Shown: positions 19,102 through 28,995 of the stretch, piece by piece | Numbering within the stretch: position 1 is the first letter of the stretch | How the letters are laid out: each line of letters opens with the position of its first letter | Source of the DNA: Candidatus Zipacnadia bacterium | Lineage (GTDB): Bacteria > Armatimonadota > Zipacnadia > Zipacnadales > UBA5352 | NCBI GenBank assembly: GCA_029820295.1 | Contig: JALGVA010000003.1 | Location: 4,161 to 68,160 of the forward strand | Direction: 5' to 3' | DNA: 64,000 nt | Position numbers and translations under genes: made by a program | Notes under the pieces: generated by a model | Told to the model about the DNA's origin: nothing | Databases searched by the model: none | What the model saw: the letters and a program-made list of their open reading frames with translations, nothing else

Positions 19102-21801
19102 TCACCACTCGATGCGGATGGTCAGATCGTCCTCGCCCGCCGTCAGCGCCAGCCCGTCGGCGAACTCGATGAGAAGTTGCCCGTCCGCCACGCGCGTGTC
19201 GATGGCTATCTCCGCGCCACCCAGGTAGGCGGAGACGCCCGGGCTGTCCCCCGCCCCCTCAGGCAGCCCGAGCCGCAGCGTGTCCAAGGCAAGGCTGCCC
19301 CACGCGAGGCGCAGCTCGTTGCTCTGGGAGCGCTCGCCGCGGTGCTGGCCGAAGGTGCCCCAGCCCTCGGCGGTGATGAAGAACCCGCGGAACTGCTCGG
19401 GGGTCACGCGCGGGTCGAAGCCCAGCAGCGCGCGGGACGCGTGGTAGACGCGGCCGGCCGCCGCTTCGAGCATGTACCAGGAGGCCATCGGCCGCGCGTA
19501 GTGGTCGCCGCACTCGATCTCGTTCCACGGGTTGCGGTACGTACCATCGTGACGCTCGTACGCGGCCTTGATGATGTGCATGGCCTGCTCGACCATTCCC
19601 TCGGCGAGCATGTGCCCGGCGACCTGGAACTCGAGGCCGGTCCACACCTCATCGGCGTAGAGCATCGGATGCTCCTGCCGCCCGCCGCGCGGCCAGGTAG
19701 TGGTCAGCAGACCCTTGTCCCAGTCGGAGGCGTAGACACGCGGCTGCTGCACGTGGCCGACGAAGTCGTGGCGGAAGTTGTGCCGGTAGATGGCGTTGAG
19801 CGCGGTGCGGACGTTGCCCGGATCGAGGAGGTAGCCCAGGTCGAGGCTGTGCGCCCACCACTGGCCGAAAAGCTGGTCGGACAGGCAGCCCTTCCCATAC
19901 TGGCGCCGGTCCGCGCCCGGGATGGTCTCGTCGAAGCGCTGCTCGTAGTACTCACCATTGAAGAGCGTCGCATCGATCTTCGCGCTCCCGGATTCGAAGC
20001 GCCGGCGACACTCTTCGGCGAGTTCGGCCTCGCCGCGATGCAGCGCCATCTCTTCGACGGCAAGCAGCGCCGCCAGATAGAGCAGCGAGCAGTAGGTGTT
20101 GTGCCCGTAGAAGTAGAGATCGTAGGTATTCCACTGCGGCCCGTCCAGCACGCCGTCCCCGTCGTCGTCCCACTCTTCGAAGCCGAACTGCACCGCGCGC
20201 AGCAGCTCAGGCCACAGCTCGTCAAGGAAGTCTTCGCATCCGCACTGCTGCCACTCGCGGCAGACTTTGAGGATGGTGCCCCAGTGCCCGTCGCAGGCGA
20301 CGTTGGTGTGCTCGCCGCCGGTGGGCACCCGCCAGCGGGGCAGATACAGCGGAAGGACCGTGCGGAAAATGACGCCTCCCTCGGGGGTCATCTGCACCTT
20401 CAGATCGGTGCGCCGCATGGTGCGCTCGAGGTCGGGGAAGAGCCGCGACAGCGTCATCTCGTAGTTCCACACGTGCGTGCAGTTAAGCGGGCAGCATCCG
20501 CTGGCGCAGCCCCAGTCGGAGTTGACCGCGCCGCGCACCCCCTCGAAGCCGTGGAAGTTCCCGTCCTCATTCCACATGCAGGTGGGACTGCGCAGCGTCG
20601 CCGCCTGCGCGCTGACCCGATCGGTGAACCAGTAGGGGAGCGTGGTGTCGTAGAGCGTGTCGCGATACCGGCGCGTGTCGCCGGCGAGGCGGTCGAGGTT
20701 CTCGCGCACGTAGGCAAGCACGTCGAGCGCCGAGCCGAACCAATTGTTGTACATGTTGCCCAGCCAGAAGCGGCTCTTCGTGTCTGTGATGCCGAAGCCG
20801 ACCTGGCTCCAGTTGACGTAGTGGTTGGGGAAGTGCCAGGCGATCACGAAGGCGACCTGCGCGCTCTGACCCGGCGCCAGAACGAGGTGTGCGGCGACCG
20901 CACCGTTGACCGTGCGGCCGTCGGGACTCGGACCCGCCGGGGCGGCGGGCAGCAGACGCCCGCACTGTGACAGCCCGCGCCAGAAGGCGTCGAAGTCGGT
21001 CCAGCGCTCCTGGATCGAGCAGCCGTCCGCCAGCGCCGCGATGACCATCGACCCCTGGGCGGGCTCATCGGCGGGCAGGCGCATGTTGGTCATCTCGACC
21101 GCGGCCAGCCCCTCCTCGCGCACTGCGCGGTTCACATTGCCGCCGTAGCACGGGCACTGGACGCCCGCGATGCCGCCGGCCGAGTCGTAGCCCACCGCGT
21201 TCTGAAGCGAGCCGGCCAGTGCCACGTTCACCTGCGCGCTGCTGGTGTTCTCGATCGTGAAGAAGAACAGCGCCGCGGGCAGACCAGAGTCCTTCGAGTT
21301 CAGTGGGATCATCGGCGAGAACGCCTGCAGGGAGACCTTCACGGGGAGCTCGTCATCGACGTATCTCAGCTCGGCGATGGGGTACTCGCCGATGTACTCG
21401 ATGTCATCGACGCAGGCTCCCGACCGCGCCAGTACACGCGCCTCGTCAGGGATCATGTAGTCGGAGGTGCTCAGCGCGGGCTCGAAGTCGTCGGCGTAGA
21501 AGCAGTCGGTCTGCAGCAGCCGCGTGACCGGGCCGCCGCCGCGCCGGCCGCCTTGGGCGCGGATGGCGAAGAAGGTGCCGGGCAGGAACGCGCTGTGGTT
21601 GACCTGGTTGAAGATCTGCCACTGGCGCAGCGTGCCGTCGCCGGCGAGCGCGAAGTTGCCGGCGCCGACGCCGCCCATGGGCATGGCGACTGCTCGCAGA
21701 GACGGCCCACGGTAGACGATGCGCTCGGTAGGGTCGAGTACGTGGTCGGCCCACTCCTGAAACTGCTCGGGGGTGCAGCGCGGGGCTTCGCGATCGGGCA
21801 T
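19102..21801 (-). CDS. GH116-family glycoside hydrolase (GBA2-like)
   Basis: MPMGGVGAG...QWQIFN N-domain; CTHVWNY, WNTYD, SDQLFGQWW, EVWTG, NPWNEIECGDHYAR. Confidence 0.85.
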   Translation of the reverse strand: MPDREAPRCTPEQFQEWADHVLDPTERIVYRGPSLRAVAMPMGGVGAGNFALAGDGTLRQWQIFNQVNHSAFLPGTFFAIRAQGGRRGGGPVTRLLQTDCFYADDFEPALSTSDYMIPDEARVLARSGACVDDIEYIGEYPIAELRYVDDELPVKVSLQAFSPMIPLNSKDSGLPAALFFFTIENTSSAQVNVALAGSLQNAVGYDSAGGIAGVQCPCYGGNVNRAVREEGLAAVEMTNMRLPADEPAQGSMVIAALADGCSIQERWTDFDAFWRGLSQCGRLLPAAPAGPSPDGRTVNGAVAAHLVLAPGQSAQVAFVIAWHFPNHYVNWSQVGFGITDTKSRFWLGNMYNNWFGSALDVLAYVRENLDRLAGDTRRYRDTLYDTTLPYWFTDRVSAQAATLRSPTCMWNEDGNFHGFEGVRGAVNSDWGCASGCCPLNCTHVWNYEMTLSRLFPDLERTMRRTDLKVQMTPEGGVIFRTVLPLYLPRWRVPTGGEHTNVACDGHWGTILKVCREWQQCGCEDFLDELWPELLRAVQFGFEEWDDDGDGVLDGPQWNTYDLYFYGHNTYCSLLYLAALLAVEEMALHRGEAELAEECRRRFESGSAKIDATLFNGEYYEQRFDETIPGADRRQYGKGCLSDQLFGQWWAHSLDLGYLLDPGNVRTALNAIYRHNFRHDFVGHVQQPRVYASDWDKGLLTTTWPRGGRQEHPMLYADEVWTGLEFQVAGHMLAEGMVEQAMHIIKAAYERHDGTYRNPWNEIECGDHYARPMASWYMLEAAAGRVYHASRALLGFDPRVTPEQFRGFFITAEGWGTFGQHRGERSQSNELRLAWGSLALDTLRLGLPEGAGDSPGVSAYLGGAEIAIDTRVADGQLLIEFADGLALTAGEDDLTIRIEW

Positions 21802-21917
21802 CCGGATCTCCTCCGCAAGCGACGGGCTGTGCGAGGCTGCCATGACCCATTTCCCTCCAGCCGACGCTCTGTCCTCCCGCCAGGATGATCGTGTAGCGAT
21901 ACGGCCCGAAGCTCTCG

Positions 21918-21940
21918 TTGACCTCAAATCTTAAGGTCAA
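21918..21940. promoter_or_regulatory. Palindromic operator-like site
   Basis: TTGACCTCAA-ATC-TTAAGGTCAA (10-bp arms, 1 mismatch) in an AT-rich island. Confidence 0.5.
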
Positions 21941-21970
21941 AAAAGTTAAGGAGCGCGTTTATCGCTCTAG

Positions 21971-21999
21971 TTGACATGGAAGACTGATTGTGGTATGGT
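21971..21999 (+). promoter_or_regulatory. sigma70 promoter with extended -10 for the Flp pilin
   Basis: TTGACA-N17-TATGGT with TGn extension; upstream A-tract. Confidence 0.75.
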
Positions 22000-22109
22000 T
22001 GCGTCGTGAGGTTCCCTTGAGGTTGCCGAGAGCACACACTGAGCTAACGGGTCGCGGCACCAATCGCAGCCAGGACTTCACGGGACAGACGGGTACGGAG
22101 GCGACGACG

Positions 22110-22289
22110 ATGGCTCAGGACATGCTGCGGCTGCTGCGGGACGAAGAGGGCGTCGCGACGGTGGAGTATGCGCTGCTTCTCAGTCTGGTCGTTGTGGCTG
22201 GCATGGCCGCATGGCAGGGCCTCAGTCAGACCATCGGCAACGTGCTGCGTGAGTCCACCGTCACGATCGCCACAGGTGGCAATAACTAG
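22110..22289 (+). CDS. flp: Flp/Fap type IVb pilin
   Basis: LRDEEG|VATVEYALL prepilin motif; 59 aa; GGAGG RBS. Confidence 0.88.
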   Translation: MAQDMLRLLRDEEGVATVEYALLLSLVVVAGMAAWQGLSQTIGNVLRESTVTIATGGNN

Positions 22290-22318
22290 AGCCATCTGAG
22301 TCGCGCATAGCAGTTCAC

Positions 22319-22350
22319 GACAACGGCCGCCTGCGCAGGCGGCCGTTGTC
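22319..22350. terminator. Perfect 32-bp palindrome between convergent flp and ndk
   Basis: GACAACGGCCGCCTGC|GCAGGCGGCCGTTGTC. Confidence 0.7.
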
Positions 22351-22365
22351 CGTTCTCCCCGACGC

Positions 22366-22770
22366 TCAGTCCGCCCCGAAGATCAGGCCGATCTCACGCG
22401 CGGCCGACTCAGACGAGTCGGAGGCATGGACGCAGTTGCGCGGCAGGTTCTCACCCAGGTCGGCGCGGATGGTTCCGGGCTCCGCCTCGCAGGGGTCGGT
22501 GGCCCCGGCCAGGTTGCGGGCGCGGTGGATGGCCTCGTCGCGCCGTGCCTCGATGAACAGCGACGGCCCGGAGAGCATGAAGTCGATCAGCCGGGCGAAG
22601 TACCACTTGCCCTCGTGCTCGGCGTAGAACCGCCGGACCAGCTCCTCGGGTAGCAGCTCGAAGCGCATGCGCACGAACTCGAACCCGGCGGCCTCGAAGC
22701 GTGACAGCACCCGGCCGACGAGCCCGCGGGCGACCGCGTCGGGCTTCACAATGATGAGCGTGCGTTCCAT
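22366..22770 (-). CDS. ndk: Nucleoside diphosphate kinase
   Basis: ERTLIIVKPDAV, PGTIRAD, NCVHASDS. Confidence 0.95.
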   Translation of the reverse strand: MERTLIIVKPDAVARGLVGRVLSRFEAAGFEFVRMRFELLPEELVRRFYAEHEGKWYFARLIDFMLSGPSLFIEARRDEAIHRARNLAGATDPCEAEPGTIRADLGENLPRNCVHASDSSESAAREIGLIFGAD

Positions 22771-22779
22771 GAGAGCACC

Positions 22780-23334
22780 TCAGGTGAGTGGCTTCTCGCC
22801 GACGAAGGCGGTGCCGCCGACGCAGTCGTAGCCGACGATCACCGGGAACTGCTCGACCTGGAGCCGCCGGATCGCCTCCGGCCCCAGCTCCGGGTAGGCC
22901 ACCACCTCGGCGGCCACGACGCGGTCGGCCAGCAGCGCGCCCGCACCGCCGACCGCAACGAAGTAGACGCCGCCGAAGCGCCGCAGCGCCTGGCGCACGT
23001 GTGCCGAGCGGTTGCCCTTGCCGATGGTGCCGCGCAGGCCGCGGCGGTACAGCTCCGGGGCGAAGTCGTCCATGCGGTAGGAGGTGGTCGGGCCGGCGGC
23101 GCCGATGGGCCGGCCGGGCGGGGCGGGCGTCGGGCCGCTGTAGTAGATGACCTGCCCCTCCAGCGGGATGGGCAGCTCCTCCCCCGCCTCGATGAGCGCC
23201 ATCAGCCGCTGGTGGGCGGCGTCACGTGCGGTGTAGAGCGGTCCGTTGAGGTGGATGACATCGCCCGCGCGCAGCGAACACGCGCTCTTCTCGGTGAGCG
23301 GCAGTCCCAGGTCGATCACATCGGTTCCGGTCAC
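22780..23334 (-). CDS. Class I fumarate hydratase / tartrate dehydratase beta subunit
   Basis: TARDAAH, GPTTSYRMD, IGKG, LGPEAI. Confidence 0.9.
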   Translation of the reverse strand: MTGTDVIDLGLPLTEKSACSLRAGDVIHLNGPLYTARDAAHQRLMALIEAGEELPIPLEGQVIYYSGPTPAPPGRPIGAAGPTTSYRMDDFAPELYRRGLRGTIGKGNRSAHVRQALRRFGGVYFVAVGGAGALLADRVVAAEVVAYPELGPEAIRRLQVEQFPVIVGYDCVGGTAFVGEKPLT

Positions 23335-23385
23335 AGTCGCATCCCTTACCTGCGTGGCTGATGGTTTCAGCAGATCGGCCGCGGC

Positions 23386-23907
23386 TCACAGCGCCGCGCT
23401 GTCCGCAAGAAGCGCCATGGCGGCCGAGAGCGCGAAGAACAGGAGCAGGTTGACGAGCAGCACGGTCCGGGTCAGCGGCCGCTCCGGCATCTGCGCGTGC
23501 AGCCACATCGATAGCACAGGCACCTTGACCGCCAGGAAGACGGCGGCGTACAGCACCGCGGCGACCGCCGCTTCCATGACACTGTAGCCGGCCGCGTCAC
23601 TGCCCGCCAGGCGCGCGAACCACGGGTTCACACCTCCGGGCAGGAAATGCACCCACACGACGGTGGCGCCGTAGACGGCCAGGTCAAGCAGGGCGCACAG
23701 GCCCAGTCCGGTGACGAAACGCACGCCGAGGTGCAGTCGGTAGAACAGCGCCTCCGCTATCGGCAGGAGTGCCACCAGGACCACCGCCACCAAGACTGCC
23801 TGGGTCTGGGCCTCGGCAACGGCGGCCGATTCCTGGGCCATCGCTGCGGCGGCAGAGGCCAGCGCGACGGCGCCTGCGGCCATCAGATGCGCTGGCGTGC
23901 CCGACAT
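23386..23907 (-). CDS. Hypothetical integral membrane protein
   Basis: Signal-like N-terminus plus about 4 hydrophobic helices; start uncertain. Confidence 0.6.
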   Translation of the reverse strand: MSGTPAHLMAAGAVALASAAAAMAQESAAVAEAQTQAVLVAVVLVALLPIAEALFYRLHLGVRFVTGLGLCALLDLAVYGATVVWVHFLPGGVNPWFARLAGSDAAGYSVMEAAVAAVLYAAVFLAVKVPVLSMWLHAQMPERPLTRTVLLVNLLLFFALSAAMALLADSAAL

Positions 23908-23972
23908 GACACCGGGTCTCTTCGGTGTTGCGGCCACAGTGCAACACCTCCGGGGCGGCGGGGATGCGCGCG

Positions 23973-24818
23973 TCACAGCTCGACGGTCATGTGCCTGGCG
24001 GCATGGCACTGCACGTTCAATGCAAGCGGCAGGCTGGCAATGTGGCATGGGTGGCGCTCCACGTGCACGGCCAGTGCCGTGGTCAGCCCCCCCAGGCCCA
24101 TCGGGCCCACGCCGGTCTCGTTGACGGCGGCGAGGACGTCGCGCTCAAGCGCGGCCACGTCCGGCTCTGGAGACGGCTCGCCCAGCGGGCGCAGCAAGGC
24201 GCGCTTGGCCAGGAGGGCCGACAGCTCGAAGGTCCCGCCCAGCCCCACGCCGAGCACGAGCGGCGGGCAGGGCATTCCGGCCGCCGCCCCCACCTGCGCC
24301 GCGATGGCCTCGATCACGCCGTCGCGCCCCTGGGCAGGCGTGAGCATCCACAGCGCGCTCATATTCTCGCTACCGCCGCCCTTGGGCGCGAAGTGCAGCG
24401 TCACGCCATCGCCCGGCACCACCCGTACGTGCACAACGGCCGGCGTGTTGTCACCGGTGTTAGTCGAGCGGTCCAGCGGGTTGCGCACCACCGACTTGCG
24501 CAGGTAGCCTTCCTCGTAGCCGCGGCGCACCCCCTCGTCCACGGCCGCCTGCAGCTCGCCGCCCACGAGGTGGGCATCCTGCCCCAGATCGACGAAGACC
24601 ACCGCAACACCCGTGTCCTGGCACAGGGGCAACCCGGTCTCGTCCGCCCGCTCGGCATTGAGCAGGAGCTGGTCAAGAACCTCGCGCGCGATGCCCGACT
24701 CCTCGCGATCACGCGCGGCGCGCAGGGCGACGACCACATCCGCCGGCAACTCCACGTTTGAGCGCCGCGCCAGTTCGGCCACGGCTTCGCTAATGCGGCT
24801 CACGTCCACGTCTCTCAT
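23973..24818 (-). CDS. Class I fumarate hydratase / tartrate dehydratase alpha subunit
   Basis: PLCQDTG, KGGGSEN, PCPP, GPMGLGG, CHIASLP. Confidence 0.9.
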   Translation of the reverse strand: MRDVDVSRISEAVAELARRSNVELPADVVVALRAARDREESGIAREVLDQLLLNAERADETGLPLCQDTGVAVVFVDLGQDAHLVGGELQAAVDEGVRRGYEEGYLRKSVVRNPLDRSTNTGDNTPAVVHVRVVPGDGVTLHFAPKGGGSENMSALWMLTPAQGRDGVIEAIAAQVGAAAGMPCPPLVLGVGLGGTFELSALLAKRALLRPLGEPSPEPDVAALERDVLAAVNETGVGPMGLGGLTTALAVHVERHPCHIASLPLALNVQCHAARHMTVEL

Positions 24819-24843
24819 GCGCGCAAGGTCCCTTTCGTGAGCG

Positions 24844-25839
24844 TCAGGAGAGGTCTACGACCGCCGTGCCGTTGGCGGCGTCGCGCAGCTTCAGGCACAC
24901 CTCGGTCATGCGCAGGCAGTCCTCGGTCGGCACATGGCAGGGCTTGTGGCCGCGCGTGGCCGCGACGAAGTCGGCGAACTGGTCGAGCTTCTCGTCCAGC
25001 TCGACCGCGCGCGGGCCCTCGTCGGCGGTGATGAGCGTGACCTGCTCGGCGGTGTATATCCACTCGATGACGCCCTCGTTGCCCGCCACGCGCAGGCGAT
25101 CGTCGCCGTGGGTGGGAGCCGCGGCCGGCCGGCAGTAGTCGAGGCGCGCGCTGGCCGAGCCTGTGTTGTCGAGACCCAGGGCGATGGAGGCGCTGTCCTC
25201 AAGGTCGCCGATCTCGGGATGCGCCACGTTGGCGCACCACGCCGCCCCGGCGGTGAACTCGCGCCCGGTGGTCCAGCGGATCAGATCGAGCGCGTGGATG
25301 CCGATGAACGGGATGATGCCCGAGAAGGTCTCGCGGCTGCGCTGCCACTGCGGCCGGTCGCCCAGGCGATAGGACTTCTGCATGGTGGCCAGGCATACCT
25401 CGCCGATGGCGCCTTCGGCGATCATCCGGCGCATGGTCAGGTAGGGCGGCTCGAAGCGCATGGTCAGCAGCATGGACAGCAGGATGCCGCTGTCGGCGAC
25501 CGTCTGCCCGACCTGTGCCAGCTCGTCGAGGTCCATCGCCAGCGGTTTCTCGGCCAGCACGTGAATGCCGCGCTCGGCGGCGGCGCAGATCATGGGAGCG
25601 CGCTCTGCGTCGGTGCCGGCGATGCCCACGATGTCCATCTCGACGCCATCAAGCATGGCGGTCGCATCTGTGTACGTGGCAGTCTCCGCATCTGCCGAAG
25701 GCCAGCCGGACACGCCCGCGAGCTTGCTCTCGTCGTCGTCACAGACGGCGACCAGGCGGGCCTCATCCATCGCCTGCACGCCACTGAGGATGGTACCCTG
25801 ATGGCCCTTGAGGCCGATGAGACCGACGCGCAGAGACAT
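24844..25839 (-). CDS. Gfo/Idh/MocA oxidoreductase
   Basis: VGLIGLKGH, HVLAEKPLA, IGIHALD. Confidence 0.88.
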   Translation of the reverse strand: MSLRVGLIGLKGHQGTILSGVQAMDEARLVAVCDDDESKLAGVSGWPSADAETATYTDATAMLDGVEMDIVGIAGTDAERAPMICAAAERGIHVLAEKPLAMDLDELAQVGQTVADSGILLSMLLTMRFEPPYLTMRRMIAEGAIGEVCLATMQKSYRLGDRPQWQRSRETFSGIIPFIGIHALDLIRWTTGREFTAGAAWCANVAHPEIGDLEDSASIALGLDNTGSASARLDYCRPAAAPTHGDDRLRVAGNEGVIEWIYTAEQVTLITADEGPRAVELDEKLDQFADFVAATRGHKPCHVPTEDCLRMTEVCLKLRDAANGTAVVDLS

Positions 25840-25981
25840 GACGCGACCTCCAGTGTTGCGTACCGCCATGTGATATGCGCATGTGATTTCCGCACGCGGT
25901 GCGCCATTCCTGCGCGCACAGGTCGGAATCGGGAATCGCGGGCCGAACGGGCCGTGACGGCGCGCCAAAGCCGATGCGCGC

Positions 25982-26010
25982 TTGACGCTGCCACTGTGCT
26001 TCGTTATACT
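25982..26010 (+). promoter_or_regulatory. sigma70-type promoter
   Basis: TTGACG-N17-TATACT. Confidence 0.75.
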
Positions 26011-26062
26011 CACCGTGGCTGTCCGCCTGCCAGCAGCACAGCAAACCCTGGAGGTGTTGGGC

Positions 26063-26791
26063 GTGCGCGCTCATAAGCTCGCAGCAGTAGTCGCAGCGAC
26101 GCTGGTCATGTGTGCCGGCCTTGGCTGGGCCCAAGGCTGGGACGCTCTGGACATCTGGAACGCGGACGACGCGGCCAACGCGGCGCTCACCAGTTGGTTC
26201 GGCACCAGCGGTCTGATTGTTGTGCCCACAGCGGAGACGCTGCCGCCGGAGGGCCTGCAGGCTCACCTGAACGTGATCGAGAACGAGAACGATGACTGGG
26301 CCACGATCTGGGGCGCCAACGTCAGCCTGTACGAGGGGTTCGAGGGCGGCGTCACCGGCGTGGATGACACCTGGACGGGCGCCGACAGCGAGGTGCTGTT
26401 CCAGGCCAAGTGGCGCCTGCCGGTGCAGGATTACTTCGGCCTTCCTGCCGAAGCGCCGATGATCGCGGTCGGCGGCCGCGACCTGGGCGATCAGCTCAAT
26501 CGCACCTGGTACGTGGTGCTGACCAAGGACGTGCCGTTGGACGCCACACGCCAGCACATGGTTGGCCTGACCGTCGGCTTCGGCGACACCGAGTTGTCCG
26601 ACAGTCCACTGGACGGCCTCTTCGGCGGCGTGGACGTGCCGCTGTTTGACTACGGCCGCCTGCAGCTTGAGCACGACGGCGAGAACTTCAACGCTGCGCT
26701 GCGCTACTGGTGGAGCGAGTGGGCGGTCACCGAGGCCGCGCTGCTCGACGACAACCTGAGCTTCGGCTTCACCGTCAACTCCGGCTTCTAA
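26063..26791 (+). CDS. YjbH-like outer-membrane beta-barrel protein
   Basis: Signal peptide, GTSGLIVVPTAETL motif, amphipathic strands, C-terminal Phe. Confidence 0.65.
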   Translation: MRAHKLAAVVAATLVMCAGLGWAQGWDALDIWNADDAANAALTSWFGTSGLIVVPTAETLPPEGLQAHLNVIENENDDWATIWGANVSLYEGFEGGVTGVDDTWTGADSEVLFQAKWRLPVQDYFGLPAEAPMIAVGGRDLGDQLNRTWYVVLTKDVPLDATRQHMVGLTVGFGDTELSDSPLDGLFGGVDVPLFDYGRLQLEHDGENFNAALRYWWSEWAVTEAALLDDNLSFGFTVNSGF

Positions 26792-26810
26792 GCTCACCGC
26801 ACGCACACAG

Positions 26811-26838
26811 GCGCCCCGCTCCCATCGGAGCGGGGCGC
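26811..26838. terminator. Hairpin between convergent genes
   Basis: GCGCCCCGCTCC-CATC-GGAGCGGGGCGC, 12-bp stem. Confidence 0.7.
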
Positions 26839-26870
26839 TGTCGGTTGTGCCGATCCGGCAGCCGAGCGCG

Positions 26871-28067
26871 TCAGTCGGCCTCGGCCAGCGCCTCGGCGAT
26901 GATCGCCACCGCGCGCTCGCACTGCTCCGCGGTGATGGTCAGGGGGGGCGCCAGCCGCAGTACATCCGGCCCCAGCGCATTGATGACCAGGCCCCGCTCC
27001 ATGCAGCCCGAGACCACCGACTTCGCGAACTCCCCGCCGAGCTTCACGCCCAGCAGCAGGCCCTTGCCCCGGATGTGATCGACACGATCGCTCTCTCGCG
27101 CCATGTCGCTGAAGCGCCGGATCAGCAGCTCGCCCATGGCCCGGGCGTTGTCGAGCAGGCCCTCATCCTCGATGATGGCCAGCGTCTCCACCGCGGCCGC
27201 GCAGGCGAGGTGATTGCCACCGAAGGTCGAGGCATGATCGCCCGGCTCGAAGGCCATGGCGACGTCGTCGGCCGCGAGGCAGGCGCCGATGGGGAAGCCG
27301 CCGCCGAGCGACTTGGCCAGCGTCATGATGTCTGGCGCGATGCCGTAGTGCTCGTAACCGAACCATGTCCCCGTCCGACCCAGGCCGGTCTGCACCTCGT
27401 CGAGGATCAGGAGGATGCCGTGGTCATCGCACAGCCGGCGCACGCCGGGCAGGTAGTCATCGGGGGGGACGTTGATGCCGCCCTCGCCCTGGATGGGCTC
27501 GAGCATGACCGCGCAGACGGTCTCGTCCAAGGCCGCCTCGAGCGCGGCCAGGTCACCGAAGGGCACGTAGCTGAAGCCCGGCGGCAGCGGCGCAAAGGGC
27601 CTGTGGTACTTCTCCTGTCCGGTGGCGGTAGCAGTTGTCAGCGTGCGGCCGTGGAAGGACTTCAGGGCGGTGATGATGCTGCGCTGCCCCGGGGCCAGGT
27701 GCTGTCCGGCCCACTTGCGCGCGAGCTTGATGGCCGCCTCATTCGCCTCGGCGCCTGAGTTGCACACGAATGTCCGGTCGGCGAAGGACAGCTCCGCCAG
27801 GCGCCGGGCAAGCCGCACCTGCGGCTCGATCAGGAACAGGTTCGAGGTGTGCATGATGCGCCGGGCCTGTCCGCATATCGCCTGCACCAGGCGCGGGTGA
27901 GCATAACCCACGCCGCTCACCGCGATCCCGGCGAGGAAGTCGAGGTACTCGTTCCCGTCGGCGTCGTAGAGCATGGCGCCTTCGCCGCGCACGAAGGCCA
28001 CCCGCGGCAGGGCGTAGGTGGGCATGAGGTACTGTGCGGCAAGCTCCGCGATCTCCTGGTTGGTCAT
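26871..28067 (-). CDS. argD: Acetylornithine aminotransferase
   Basis: NSGAEANE, SFHGRT, EPIQGEGG, DEVQTG, LAKSLGGG; operon context. Confidence 0.93.
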   Translation of the reverse strand: MTNQEIAELAAQYLMPTYALPRVAFVRGEGAMLYDADGNEYLDFLAGIAVSGVGYAHPRLVQAICGQARRIMHTSNLFLIEPQVRLARRLAELSFADRTFVCNSGAEANEAAIKLARKWAGQHLAPGQRSIITALKSFHGRTLTTATATGQEKYHRPFAPLPPGFSYVPFGDLAALEAALDETVCAVMLEPIQGEGGINVPPDDYLPGVRRLCDDHGILLILDEVQTGLGRTGTWFGYEHYGIAPDIMTLAKSLGGGFPIGACLAADDVAMAFEPGDHASTFGGNHLACAAAVETLAIIEDEGLLDNARAMGELLIRRFSDMARESDRVDHIRGKGLLLGVKLGGEFAKSVVSGCMERGLVINALGPDVLRLAPPLTITAEQCERAVAIIAEALAEAD

Positions 28068-28106
28068 CGCACTTCTCCTCCCGGGTGCGTGATCGTTCGC
28101 GTTGCG

Positions 28107-28982
28107 TCAGTCCGGCCGCACCATGGTGCCGATGCCGGACTCCGAGAACAACTCGACCAGCAGTGAATGCGGCCGCGAACCGTCGATCATGTGCGCGCGC
28201 TGTACGCCGCCCTCGACGGCCGTGATGCAGCTCTGCAGCTTGGGGATCATGCCCGAACCGACCGCGTCGGACCCCAGCATCTGCCGGGCCTCGGACAGCG
28301 ACAGCTCGCTGATGAGCGTGGACGCGTCGTCCCGGTCGCGCAGCAGGCCGGGCACATCGCTGAGCGTCACCAGCTTGGTCGCCTTCAGCGCCACCGCCAG
28401 CGAGCCGGCGACGAGGTCGGCGTTGATGTTGAGCGGGCCGCCGTTCTCGGCCATCCCGATCGGCGACAGCACCGGGATGTGCCCGGCGGCGATCAGGTCA
28501 TGGATCAGCCGGGGGCGGATGTCGGTCACCTCGCCGACGTGGCCCAGGTCGGCGCCGCCGGGGCCCTCGATACGGCGGGCGCCCAGCGTGCAGCCGTCGC
28601 GGCCGGAGATGGCCACCGCCGAGACGCCGGCCGCCTGCACGTGTGCGGCGAGGTCCTGGCCGATCGAGCCGACCAGCACCATCTCAGCGATCTCCATGGT
28701 GGCGTCATCGGTCACGCGCAGGCCCTCGACGAAGCGCGGCTCGAGGCCCAGGCGGCCCATCATCTCCGAGATCTTGGGCCCGCCGCCGTGCACGATCACC
28801 GGCCTGAGGCCGACGAAGTGCAGCAGCGCCACGTCGGTGCACACGCTGCGCTTGCGCTGCTCGTCGGTCATCGCGGCGCCGCCGTACTTCACGACCACGG
28901 TGGCGCCGCGGAAGCTGCGGATGTAGGGAAGCGCCTCGATCAGCACCTCCGCCCGGAACGCGGTGTCATTGCCGGCGCTCAT
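28107..28982 (-). CDS. argB: Acetylglutamate kinase
   Basis: VVKYGG, VHGGGP, GLRVTD, NINAD, GMIPK. Confidence 0.95.
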   Translation of the reverse strand: MSAGNDTAFRAEVLIEALPYIRSFRGATVVVKYGGAAMTDEQRKRSVCTDVALLHFVGLRPVIVHGGGPKISEMMGRLGLEPRFVEGLRVTDDATMEIAEMVLVGSIGQDLAAHVQAAGVSAVAISGRDGCTLGARRIEGPGGADLGHVGEVTDIRPRLIHDLIAAGHIPVLSPIGMAENGGPLNINADLVAGSLAVALKATKLVTLSDVPGLLRDRDDASTLISELSLSEARQMLGSDAVGSGMIPKLQSCITAVEGGVQRAHMIDGSRPHSLLVELFSESGIGTMVRPD

Positions 28983-28995
28983 CGCCTCGGATCCC

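Noticed and set aside
22000..22109. Possible c-di-GMP riboswitch before flp
   Set aside because: No GEMM-type GGCAAAC...GAAA...GACGCAAAGC core visible; a covariance search would be needed to exclude it fully.
25866..25890. CATGTGAT direct repeat with a central ATGCGCAT palindrome upstream of the Gfo/Idh/MocA gene
   Set aside because: Could be an operator, but it is short, seen only once and matches no consensus I can name.
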